DNA of 64,000 nucleotides from NCBI RefSeq assembly GCF_055900595.2, contig NZ_CM148325.1; one strand, 5' to 3'. Shown piece by piece: positions 52,838 to 62,526 of this stretch (position 1 is its first letter; each line of letters starts with the position of its first letter). The notes under the pieces were generated by a model. It saw only the letters and a program-made list of their open reading frames with translations, ran no database searches and was not told where the DNA came from. The position numbers and the translations under genes were made by a program.

Positions 52838-53496
52838 TGTTCTGGCGCATTTTCCTTCTTGAGCTGCGCGTAGCGTTTCGCCATAGCGCCGAAATCGCCA
52901 ACCCGCTGTGGTTCTTCCTGATTGTAATTACCCTTTTTCCGCTCAGTATCGGTCCGGAGCCGCAACTGCTGGCGCGTATTGCCCCAGGCATTATCTGGGT
53001 TGCAGCGCTGCTTTCATCCTTGCTGGCACTGGAACGACTGTTCCGTGACGATTTGCAGGACGGCAGTCTTGAACAATTGATGTTGTTGCCGTTACCCTTG
53101 CCCGCCGTTGTGCTGGCGAAGGTGATGGCGCACTGGATGGTAACAGGTCTGCCGTTACTCATCCTTTCGCCTCTGGTAGCAATGCTACTGGGAATGGATG
53201 TTTATGGCTGGCAAGTGATGGCGCTGACGCTGCTGCTGGGAACCCCAACGCTTGGTTTTCTCGGTGCACCGGGCGTGGCGCTGACAGTGGGACTTAAGCG
53301 CGGTGGTGTGCTGCTCAGCATACTGGTATTACCGCTGACTATCCCATTACTCATCTTTGCCACCGCCGCGATGGACGCGGCTTCCATGCATTTGCCCGTT
53401 GACGGGTATCTGGCAATTTTAGGCGCGTTGCTGGCAGGCACCGCGACATTAAGTCCTTTTGCGACGGCGGCAGCGTTACGAATCAGCATTCAATAA
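52834..53496 (+). CDS. ccmB: CcmB, heme-exporter permease
   Basis: 220-aa membrane ORF; ATGA overlap with ccmA. Confidence 0.93.
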
Positions 53497-53537
53497 CGCT
53501 GGATTACTGATTTTTGTTCGAGTCTGGTATCGAAACT

Positions 53538-54275
53538 ATGTGGAAAACACTGCATCAACTGGCGATCCCACCACGGCTGTATCAAATCTGTGGCTGGTTT
53601 ATACCGTGGCTGGCAATTGCCAGTGTGGTCGTGCTTACCGTCGGCTGGATCTGGGGATTCGGCTTTGCTCCGGCTGATTATCAGCAGGGAAATAGCTACC
53701 GCATTATCTACCTGCATGTGCCTGCGGCGATCTGGTCGATGGGCATTTATGCATCAATGGCGGTGGCAGCGTTTATTGGCCTGGTCTGGCAGATGAAAAT
53801 GGCCAACCTGGCGGTGGCGGCGATGGCCCCCATTGGTGCCGTGTTTACCTTTATTGCCCTGGTTACCGGCTCTGCATGGGGAAAACCGATGTGGGGCACC
53901 TGGTGGGTATGGGATGCACGCCTGACTTCTGAACTGGTGCTGCTGTTTTTGTATGTGGGTGTGATTGCCCTGTGGCACGCCTTCGACGACCGCCGTCTGG
54001 CGGGCCGTGCGGCAGGTATTCTGGTGCTAATTGGCGTGGTGAACCTGCCGATTATTCATTACTCCGTGGAGTGGTGGAACACCCTGCATCAGGGATCAAC
54101 GCGGATGCAGCAAAGTATCGATCCGGCGATGCGTTCGCCGCTGCGCTGGTCGATTTTTGGCTTCCTGCTGCTGTCTGCCACGCTGACGCTGATGCGGATG
54201 CGTAATTTAATTTTGCTGATGGAAAAACGCCGTCCGTGGGTGAGTGAACTGATACTGAAAAGAGGCCGTAAATGA
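53538..54275 (+). CDS. ccmC: CcmC, heme lyase/exporter membrane protein
   Basis: Start trimmed to MWKTLHQLAIPPRLYQ (245 aa); WGxxWxWD tryptophan-rich motif (WGTWWVWDARL). Confidence 0.93.
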   Translation: MWKTLHQLAIPPRLYQICGWFIPWLAIASVVVLTVGWIWGFGFAPADYQQGNSYRIIYLHVPAAIWSMGIYASMAVAAFIGLVWQMKMANLAVAAMAPIGAVFTFIALVTGSAWGKPMWGTWWVWDARLTSELVLLFLYVGVIALWHAFDDRRLAGRAAGILVLIGVVNLPIIHYSVEWWNTLHQGSTRMQQSIDPAMRSPLRWSIFGFLLLSATLTLMRMRNLILLMEKRRPWVSELILKRGRK

Positions 54276-54481
54276 CCCCTGCATTTGCTTCCTGGAATGA
54301 ATTTTTCGCAATGGGCGGTTACGCCTTTTTTGTCTGGCTGGCGGTGGTGATGACCGTTATTCCGCTGGTGGTTTTGGTCGTGCATTCGGTGATGCAGCAT
54401 CGCGCAATTCTGCGTGGCGTGGCGCAACAGCGGGCGCGTGAGGCGCGTTTACGTGCTGCGCAACAGCAGGAGGCTGCATGA
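54272..54481 (+). CDS. ccmD: CcmD, small heme-export membrane protein
   Basis: 69-aa ORF with a single TM helix, ATGA-coupled between ccmC and ccmE. Confidence 0.9.
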
Positions 54482-54957
54482 ATATTCGCCGTAAAAACCG
54501 CTTGTGGATTGCCTGTGCCGTGCTGGCGGGGCTGGCGCTGACTATCGGTCTGGTGCTATATGCGCTGCGCTCGAATATCGATCTTTTTTATACGCCGGGG
54601 GAAATTCTCTACGGCAAGCGTGAAACTCAGCAGATGCCGGAAGTCGGGCAGCGTCTGCGCGTTGGCGGGATGGTGATGCCGGGTAGCGTGCAGCGCGATC
54701 CCAATTCGCTGAAAGTAACGTTCACCATTTACGACGCTGAAGGCTCAGTGGATGTCTCTTACGAAGGCATTTTGCCGGATCTGTTCCGTGAAGGGCAGGG
54801 CGTAGTGGTGCAGGGCGAACTGGAAAAAGGTAATCATATCCTCGCGAAAGAAGTACTGGCGAAACACGATGAAAACTACACGCCGCCAGAAGTCGAGAAA
54901 GCGATGGAAGCTAATCACCGTCGCCCGGCGAGTGTTTATAAGGACCCAGCATCATGA
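54478..54957 (+). CDS. ccmE: CcmE, periplasmic heme chaperone
   Basis: 159-aa [43 protein letters not shown]...; recognised CcmE. Confidence 0.95.
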
Positions 54958-56897
54958 TGCCAGAAATTGGTAACGGACTGCTGTGCCTGGCGCTAGGAAT
55001 TGCGCTGTTGCTGTCCGTGTATCCGCTATGGGGCGTGGCGCGCGGGGATGCGCGCATGATGGCTTCTTCGCGCTTGTTTGCCTGGCTGCTATTTATGTCT
55101 GTGGCTGGCGCATTTCTGGTGCTGGTCAATGCTTTCGTGGTGAATGACTTTACTGTCACCTATGTTGCCAGCAACTCCAATACCCAGCTTCCGGTGTGGT
55201 ATCGCGTAGCGGCAACCTGGGGTGCGCATGAAGGCTCGCTACTGCTGTGGGTGCTGCTGATGAGCGGCTGGACATTTGCGGTGGCGATTTTTAGTCAGCG
55301 TATTCCGCTGGATATTGTGGCCCGTGTACTGGCGATAATGGGGATGGTCAGTGTCGGCTTTTTGCTGTTCATTCTCTTTACCTCTAACCCGTTCTCACGC
55401 ACGTTGCCGAACTTCCCGATTGAAGGGCGCGATCTTAACCCGCTGTTGCAGGATCCGGGGCTGATCTTCCATCCGCCTCTGCTTTATATGGGGTATGTCG
55501 GTTTCTCGGTGGCGTTTGCTTTCGCCATTGCTTCTTTGTTGAGTGGACGTCTGGACAGCACCTATGCGCGTTTTACCCGTCCGTGGACGCTGGCGGCGTG
55601 GATTTTCCTGACGCTCGGCATTGTGCTCGGTTCCGCATGGGCCTATTACGAACTCGGCTGGGGCGGCTGGTGGTTCTGGGATCCGGTAGAAAACGCCTCG
55701 TTTATGCCGTGGCTGGTGGGGACTGCGCTGATGCACTCACTGGCGGTCACTGAACAACGCGCCAGCTTCAAAGCGTGGACATTACTGCTGGCAATCAGTG
55801 CCTTCTCGCTGTGTCTGCTGGGGACTTTCCTCGTGCGTTCCGGCGTGCTGGTATCGGTACACGCGTTTGCGTCTGATCCGGCGCGCGGTATGTTTATCCT
55901 CGCCTTTATGGTGCTGGTGATTGGCGGTTCGCTGCTGCTGTTTGCCGCGCGTGGACACAAAGTTCGCTCACGCGTAAACAATGCGCTGTGGTCGCGGGAA
56001 TCTTTGCTGTTAGCGAACAACGTTTTGCTGGTCGCCGCGATGCTGGTGGTGTTGCTGGGGACGCTGCTGCCGCTGGTGCACAAGCAACTGGGACTGGGCA
56101 GCATTTCGATTGGCGAACCGTTCTTCAACACCATGTTTACCTGGCTGATGGTGCCGTTTGCGCTACTGCTGGGTGTCGGTCCACTGGTGCGCTGGGGGCG
56201 CGATCGCCCACGTAAAATCCGCAATTTATTGATTATCGCCTTCATCTCTACGCTGGTGCTGTCTCTGCTGTTGCCGTGGCTGTTCGAAAGCAAAGTTGTG
56301 GCGATGACGGTGCTCGGCCTGGCAATGGCCTGCTGGATTGCAGTGCTGGCGATTGCGGAAGCTGCGCTGCGTATTTCACGCGGCATGAAAACCACCTTCA
56401 GTTATTGGGGCATGGTGGCGGCTCACCTGGGGCTGGCGGTAACAATTGTTGGTATTGCCTTTAGCCAGAACTATAGCGTTGAGCGTGATGTGCGCATGAA
56501 GTCCGGCGATAGCGTCGATATTCATGAATATCGCTTCACCTTCCGTGATGTCAAAGAAGTGACTGGTCCGAACTGGCGCGGCGGTGTGGCGACTATCGGC
56601 GTAACGCGCGATGGCAAGCCGGAAACGGTGCTGTATGCGGAAAAACGTTATTACAACACTGCAGGGTCGATGATGACCGAAGCGGCGATTGACGGCGGTA
56701 TCACGCGTGATCTGTACGCCGCGCTCGGTGAAGAGCTGGAAAACGGCGCGTGGGCCGTGCGTCTTTACTACAAACCGTTTGTTCGCTGGATTTGGGCGGG
56801 CGGGCTGATGATGGCATTGGGCGGGCTGCTGTGCCTGTTTGATCCTCGCTATCGTAAGCGCGTGAACCCGCAGAAAACTGCGCCGGAGGCTGTATGA
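54954..56897 (+). CDS. ccmF: CcmF, cytochrome c-type biogenesis heme lyase
   Basis: 647-aa polytopic membrane ORF with WGGWWFWD motif. Confidence 0.95.
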
Positions 56898-57451
56898 AGC
56901 GCAAAGTATTGTTAATTCCTTTGATTATCTTCCTGGCGATTGCCGCGGCGCTGCTGTGGCAGCTGGCACGTAATGCCGAAGGGGATGATCCGACCAATCT
57001 GGAATCGGCGCTCATTGGCAAGCCGGTGCCAAAGTTTCGCCTCGAATCACTGGACAATCCGGGGCAGTTTTATCAGGCGGATGTGCTGACTCAGGGCAAA
57101 CCAGTGCTGCTTAACGTCTGGGCGACCTGGTGTCCGACCTGCCGCGCGGAACATCAATATCTGAATCAGCTTTCTGCGCAGGGCATCCGCGTAGTTGGCA
57201 TGAACTATAAAGACGATCGCCAGAAAGCGATCAGCTGGCTGAAAGAGCTGGGCAATCCTTACGCGTTAAGCCTGTTTGATGGCGACGGCATGTTAGGGCT
57301 GGATCTCGGTGTCTATGGCGCGCCAGAAACGTTCCTCATCGACGGCAACGGCATCATTCGCTATCGCCATGCGGGTGATCTCAATCCCCGCGTCTGGCAA
57401 GAAGAGATCAAGCCGCTGTGGGAGAAATACAGTAAGGAGGCCGCACAATGA
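56894..57451 (+). CDS. ccmG: CcmG/DsbE, thiol:disulfide interchange protein
   Basis: 185-aa ORF with thioredoxin CPTC motif (WATWCPTCRAEH). Confidence 0.95.
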   Translation: MKRKVLLIPLIIFLAIAAALLWQLARNAEGDDPTNLESALIGKPVPKFRLESLDNPGQFYQADVLTQGKPVLLNVWATWCPTCRAEHQYLNQLSAQGIRVVGMNYKDDRQKAISWLKELGNPYALSLFDGDGMLGLDLGVYGAPETFLIDGNGIIRYRHAGDLNPRVWQEEIKPLWEKYSKEAAQ

Positions 57452-58500
57452 GGTTTTTATTGGGCGTGCTGATGCTGATGATCTCCGGCTCAGCGCTGGC
57501 GACCATCGACGTGTTGCAGTTTAAAGATGAAGCACAGGAACAACAGTTTCGTCAGCTTACTGAAGAACTGCGCTGCCCGAAATGCCAGAATAACAGCATT
57601 GCCGATTCCAACTCGATGATTGCCACCGACCTGCGCCAGAAAGTGTACGAACTGATGCAGGAAGGTAAAAGTAAGAAAGAGATTGTCGATTATATGGTGG
57701 CGCGTTACGGCAACTTCGTCACTTACGACCCGCCGTTAACGCCGCTGACCGTTCTGCTGTGGGTGCTACCGGTGGTGGCTATTGGCATTGGCGGTTGGGT
57801 TATTTACTCCCGCTCACGGCGTCGGGTACGCGTGGTGCTGGAAGAGTTTCCTGAACAAAGCGTGCCGGAAGGTAAGCGTGCCGGATATGTTGTTTATCTG
57901 CCGGGTATTGTGGTGGCGTTAATTGTGGCTGGCGTCAGCTACTACCAGACCGGCAATTATCAGCAGGTGAAAATTTGGCAGCAGGCCACGGCACAGGCGC
58001 CGGCGTTATTGGACAGGGCGCTGGATCCGAAAGCCGATCCGCTCAACGAAGAAGAGATGTCCCGCCTTGCGCTGGGGATGCGTACTCAACTGCAAAAAAA
58101 TCCGGGAGATATAGAAGGCTGGATTATGTTGGGCCGCGTTGGCATGGCGCTGGGTAACGCCAGTATTGCCACCGATGCATACGCCACTGCGTATCGCCTC
58201 GATCCGAAGAACAGCGATGCTGCACTGGGATACGCTGAAGCGTTGACACGTTCATCTGATCCCAACGACAACCGCCTGGGTGGTGAACTGCTACGCCAGT
58301 TGGTGAGAACGGACCATAGCAATATCCGTGTGTTAAGCATGTATGCGTTTAATGCCTTTGAGCAGCAGCGATTTGGCGAAGCCGTTGCCGCGTGGGAGAT
58401 GATGTTGAAACTCTTACCTGCCAACGATACTCGCCGTGCGGTGATTGAACGTAGTATCGCGCAGGCGATGCAACACTTATCACCACAGGAGAGTAAATAA
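57448..58500 (+). CDS. ccmH: CcmH, cytochrome c maturation protein (fused CcmH/CcmI type)
   Basis: 350-aa ORF with LRCPKCQN motif and C-terminal TPR-like region. Confidence 0.93.
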   Translation: MRFLLGVLMLMISGSALATIDVLQFKDEAQEQQFRQLTEELRCPKCQNNSIADSNSMIATDLRQKVYELMQEGKSKKEIVDYMVARYGNFVTYDPPLTPLTVLLWVLPVVAIGIGGWVIYSRSRRRVRVVLEEFPEQSVPEGKRAGYVVYLPGIVVALIVAGVSYYQTGNYQQVKIWQQATAQAPALLDRALDPKADPLNEEEMSRLALGMRTQLQKNPGDIEGWIMLGRVGMALGNASIATDAYATAYRLDPKNSDAALGYAEALTRSSDPNDNRLGGELLRQLVRTDHSNIRVLSMYAFNAFEQQRFGEAVAAWEMMLKLLPANDTRRAVIERSIAQAMQHLSPQESK

Positions 58501-58559
58501 GAACAAGCCCGATGGTGATGCCATCGGGCCAGACTGATGGCAAAGTGCGCTTTGTTTAT

Positions 58560-58665
58560 ACCAGATGCGGCGTAAACGCCTTATTCAGCCTACAAAATCG
58601 TGCGAACTCAATACATTGCTCGATCCGCGTAGGCCTGATAAGCGTAGCGCATCGGGCAGTTTTGC
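58560..58665. repeat. REP elements downstream of ccmH
   Basis: agatgcggcgtaaacgccttattcagcctac and gtaggcctgataagcgtagcgcatcgggca motifs. Confidence 0.5.
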
Positions 58666-58681
58666 GTTTGTCATCAATATC

Positions 58682-58714
58682 AGCCCGAGGGTAAATCCAT
58701 CGGGCTATTTTTTT
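58682..58714 (+). terminator. Rho-independent terminator of the nap-ccm operon
   Basis: agcccgag...cgggct hairpin followed by attttttt on the plus strand; abuts the narP stop codon on the opposite strand. Confidence 0.5.
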
Positions 58715-59360
58715 ATTGCGCCCCACGTTGTTGCAGGAACAGAATAGTGGCCGCCACGCGTGAGCGGACATTGAGTTTACGCAGCAGATTACGAATGTGT
58801 ACTTTTACTGTCTGCTCGGAAATATTCAACACCGAGGCAATCTGTTTATTTGACAGTCCCTGTGCCAGCTCGTGCAGAACATCCAGCTCGCGCTCCGTCA
58901 GCACGCTGAAGGGATCTTCTTCCGCGCCAAACATTTCACGTTCACGTAAGTACTGATTGACGCGTTCGCTAAAGACTTTGCTGCCTTTCGCTCCGGCACG
59001 AATCGCTTCCAGCAACACTTCCGGGTCGCTGTCTTTCAACAGATAACCGTCTGCGCCTGCGTCTATCAGCGCAAAGACATCGCTGGAGGCATCTGATACG
59101 GTCAGGATAATAATTTGCGCGGTAACGCCATCCCTGCGCAAGGCATTGAGGGTATCCAGGCCACTCATACCTTTCATATTGAGATCCAGCAAGATCACGT
59201 CAATATCCAGTCTATTCGCCAGATCGATAGCACTTGCGCCGTCGCCCGCTTCGGCGACCACTTCAAAGCCAGGATCAAGCTCCAGTAACTGACGAACACC
59301 GCGTCGCATAAGTGGATGATCATCCACAATCATCACCTGAAAAGGCGTTGCTTCAGGCAT
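58713..59360 (-). CDS. narP: Nitrate/nitrite response regulator NarP
   Basis: Start trimmed to MPEATPFQVMIVDDHPLMRRG (215 aa); receiver domain plus LuxR-type HTH. Confidence 0.93.
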   Translation of the reverse strand: MPEATPFQVMIVDDHPLMRRGVRQLLELDPGFEVVAEAGDGASAIDLANRLDIDVILLDLNMKGMSGLDTLNALRRDGVTAQIIILTVSDASSDVFALIDAGADGYLLKDSDPEVLLEAIRAGAKGSKVFSERVNQYLREREMFGAEEDPFSVLTERELDVLHELAQGLSNKQIASVLNISEQTVKVHIRNLLRKLNVRSRVAATILFLQQRGAQ

Positions 59361-59679
59361 AGTAGTCTCCTGAGGTTTTATTAGAATCATTATGTTTGAG
59401 CGTAGCGTTGGAAACGCTACCAGGCGCGTGAATGTTACCCCATTTTATGTATGGACATGTAGTGAAAAGTACAGCTCAGTAGTTCATCCTCGCATCATTT
59501 TCATTATAAATATGGAATTTTGCATCAACTTCCCATCAAGAAAAACAACTAAAAAATCAATCACAATACTTGTGCATTTCTTTAAACAGTTTTTAAAAAC
59601 TGACTCCGGGTATGGCGCTATGGGTATTTTCAGTACCCAATGCTTTTGACAGCAATTAATTTCATAGGATGAAAGATTA

Positions 59680-62274
59680 ATGCATCACTCTGGTTCTGTT
59701 TCTCTTTGTCGTTCCGCAATATCTGTTCTGGTGGCTACAGCGTTATATTCACCCATAGCATTGGCATCAACTGTTGAGTATGGTGAGACAGTTGATGGTG
59801 TTGTCCTGGAAAAAGATATCCAGCTGGTTTATGGGACCGCCAATAATACGAAAATCAATCCTGGCGGAGAACAGCATATAAAAGAATTTGGTGTAAGTAG
59901 TAATACTGAAATTAACGGAGGGTATCAGTACATTGAAATGAATGGCACCGCAGAATACTCAGTATTAAATGACGGTTATCAAATTGTTCAAATGGGTGGC
60001 GCGGCAAACCAGACAACCCTCAATAATGGTGTGCTACAGGTTTATGGCGCAGCGAATAATACTACCATTAAAGGCGGGCGCTTAATTATTGAAAAAGATG
60101 GGATTACCGTCTTTGCCGCTATCGAAAAGGGAGGATTACTGGAGGTTAAAGAGGGGGGATTAGCATTTGCGGTAGATCAGAAAGCAGGCGGTGCGATTAA
60201 AACAACCACGCGGGCCATGGAGGTATTCGGAACAAACCGTCTCGGTCAGTTCGATATCAAGGATGGTATTGCTAATAATATGTTGTTGGAAAACGGTGGA
60301 AGTTTGCGAGTTGAAGAAAATGACTTCGCTTATAATACTACTGTGGATAACGGCGGTTTACTGGAGGTTATGGATGGCGGGACTGCAACTGGCGTTGATA
60401 AAAAAGCAGGCGGAAAATTAATTGTCTCAACGAATGCGCTGGAAGTGAGTGGTACAAACAGTAAAGGCCAATTTAGTATAAAAGATGGTGTGTCAAAAAA
60501 TTATGAACTGGATGATGGTTCCGGGCTCATTGTTATGGAGGGCACTCAGGCAATTGACACTATCCTTGATGAGCATGCAACCATGCAATCGTTGGGAAGA
60601 GATACTGGTACGAGAGTGCAGGCACATGCAGTTTATGATCTTGGTCGGTCAGTGCAGAATGGAAGCATAAAATATTCCTCAAATGCCATATCTGAAAATA
60701 TGGTTATCGATAATGGTCGCGCTAATGTCTGGACTGGCACAATGGTTAACGTAACAGTCAGAGGAAATGAGGGCATTATTGATGCAATGGCGCTGGAATT
60801 AAATTTTTATACACCGGCTACATTTTTAGGTGACGTGGTGGTTTCTGATGGTGCATCTTTAAGAACGCATGGCGCAGTGGATACCAGTAAAGCAGATGTT
60901 TCTATCGAAGAGAGTTTTTGGGCTATTATTGCCGATATCAATAATATAAACCAAAACACCCGTCTCAATTTAGCAAACCTGGTGATGTCAGACGGAACTG
61001 TCGTTATGATGGCTGAGCCAGTGACTCGTTCATCTGTGACGGCAAGTGCGGAAAATTTCACTACGTTGACCACCAATACCCTATCGGGAAACGGCAATTT
61101 TTATATGCGTACCGATATGGCTAATCATCAGAGCGATCAGCTTAACGTCACCGGTCAGGCTACAGGTGATTTCAAAATATTCGTGACGGACACCGGTGCC
61201 AGCCCGGCAGCAGGAGATAGCCTTACACTGGTAACAACGGGCGGCGGTGATGCTGCATTTACGTTGGGCAATGCCGGAGGCGTTGTTGATATCGGTACGT
61301 ATGAATATACCTTGCTGGATAATGGCAACCATAGCTGGAGTCTGGCAGAGAATCGCGCGCAAATTACCCCTTCAACCACTGATGTGTTGAATATGGCGGC
61401 AGCACAACCGCTGGTATTTGATGCAGAACTGGACACCGTGCGTGAGCGTCTTGGTAGCGTAAAAGGCGTTAATTACGATACGGCGATGTGGAGTTCGGCA
61501 ATTAACACCCGCAACAACGTGACCACTGATGCGGGAGCTGGCTTTGAGCAAACATTGACGGGGCTGACGCTCGGTATCGATAGCCGTTTCTCCCGTGAAG
61601 AAAGCAGTACAATTCGCGGCTTGTTCTTTGGTTACTCTCATTCTGATATTGGTTTTGATCGCGGCGGCAAAGGCAATGTCGATAGCTATACCCTGGGGGC
61701 TTATGCCGGTTGGGAGCATCAGAACGGTGCCTATGTTGATGGGGTGGTGAAAGTTGACCGTTTTGCCAACACCATCCATGGCAAGATGAGTAATGGGGCA
61801 ACAGCGTTTGGCGATTACAGTAGTAACGGCGCGGGTGCTCATGTCGAGAGCGGGTTCCGTTGGGTTGACGGATTGTGGAGTGTTAGACCTTATCTGGCCT
61901 TTACCGGCTTTACCACAGATGGTCAGGACTACACGTTATCAAACGGCATGCGCGCGGATGTGGGAAATACCCGCATATTACGCGCTGAAGCGGGAACGGC
62001 GGTAAGCTATCACATGGACCTGCAAAACGGTACGACGCTGGAACCCTGGCTGAAAGCCGCCGTACGTCAGGAATACGCCGATTCTAACCAGGTGAATGTT
62101 AATGACGACGGCAAATTTAATAACGATGTGGCTGGAACCCGTGGCGTTTATCAGGCTGGGATAAGGTCATCGTTTACCCCGACGTTAAGCGGTCATTTGT
62201 CAGTCAGCTATGGCAATGGCGCGGGGGTAGAATCAGCGTGGAATACCCAGGCGGGTGTGGTCTGGACGTTCTGA
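59680..62274 (+). CDS. yejO: Autotransporter (type Va) adhesin-like protein YejO, intact
   Basis: 864-aa ORF with signal peptide, repetitive beta-helical-type passenger (GG..., NNT... repeats) and C-terminal barrel ending ...QAGVVWTF; located at the narP/proL locus. Confidence 0.8.
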   Translation: MHHSGSVSLCRSAISVLVATALYSPIALASTVEYGETVDGVVLEKDIQLVYGTANNTKINPGGEQHIKEFGVSSNTEINGGYQYIEMNGTAEYSVLNDGYQIVQMGGAANQTTLNNGVLQVYGAANNTTIKGGRLIIEKDGITVFAAIEKGGLLEVKEGGLAFAVDQKAGGAIKTTTRAMEVFGTNRLGQFDIKDGIANNMLLENGGSLRVEENDFAYNTTVDNGGLLEVMDGGTATGVDKKAGGKLIVSTNALEVSGTNSKGQFSIKDGVSKNYELDDGSGLIVMEGTQAIDTILDEHATMQSLGRDTGTRVQAHAVYDLGRSVQNGSIKYSSNAISENMVIDNGRANVWTGTMVNVTVRGNEGIIDAMALELNFYTPATFLGDVVVSDGASLRTHGAVDTSKADVSIEESFWAIIADINNINQNTRLNLANLVMSDGTVVMMAEPVTRSSVTASAENFTTLTTNTLSGNGNFYMRTDMANHQSDQLNVTGQATGDFKIFVTDTGASPAAGDSLTLVTTGGGDAAFTLGNAGGVVDIGTYEYTLLDNGNHSWSLAENRAQITPSTTDVLNMAAAQPLVFDAELDTVRERLGSVKGVNYDTAMWSSAINTRNNVTTDAGAGFEQTLTGLTLGIDSRFSREESSTIRGLFFGYSHSDIGFDRGGKGNVDSYTLGAYAGWEHQNGAYVDGVVKVDRFANTIHGKMSNGATAFGDYSSNGAGAHVESGFRWVDGLWSVRPYLAFTGFTTDGQDYTLSNGMRADVGNTRILRAEAGTAVSYHMDLQNGTTLEPWLKAAVRQEYADSNQVNVNDDGKFNNDVAGTRGVYQAGIRSSFTPTLSGHLSVSYGNGAGVESAWNTQAGVVWTF

Positions 62275-62337
62275 TAACAGAAAATAAACAGGCCGTAATG
62301 TGTCGCGGTCTGTTTATCAAATTAATCGCAGATATAA

Positions 62338-62366
62338 AAAAACCAACCGCAATAGGTTGGTTTTCT
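62338..62366. terminator. Hairpin terminator between yejO and tRNA-Pro
   Basis: aaccaacc-gcaata-ggttggtt stem-loop flanked by A-run and T-run; could terminate both the minus-strand tRNA and plus-strand yejO. Confidence 0.5.
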
Positions 62367-62375
62367 TGGGATTTT

Positions 62376-62452
62376 TGGTCGGCACGAGAGGATTTGAACC
62401 TCCGACCCCCGACACCCCATGACGGTGCGCTACCAGGCTGCGCTACGTGCCG
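62376..62452 (-). tRNA. proL: tRNA-Pro (anticodon GGG)
   Basis: Reverse complement reads CGGCACGTAGCGCAGCCTGGTAGCGCACCGTCATGGGGTGTCGGGGGTCGGAGGTTCAAATCCTCTCGTGCCGACCA, a cloverleaf-compatible tRNA-Pro with encoded CCA end. Confidence 0.9.
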
Positions 62453-62526
62453 ACTCGTGGCTGCTAATACTACCGTTTTCCACACCGATTGCAAGTAAGA
62501 TATTTTGCTAACTGATTTATAATTAA

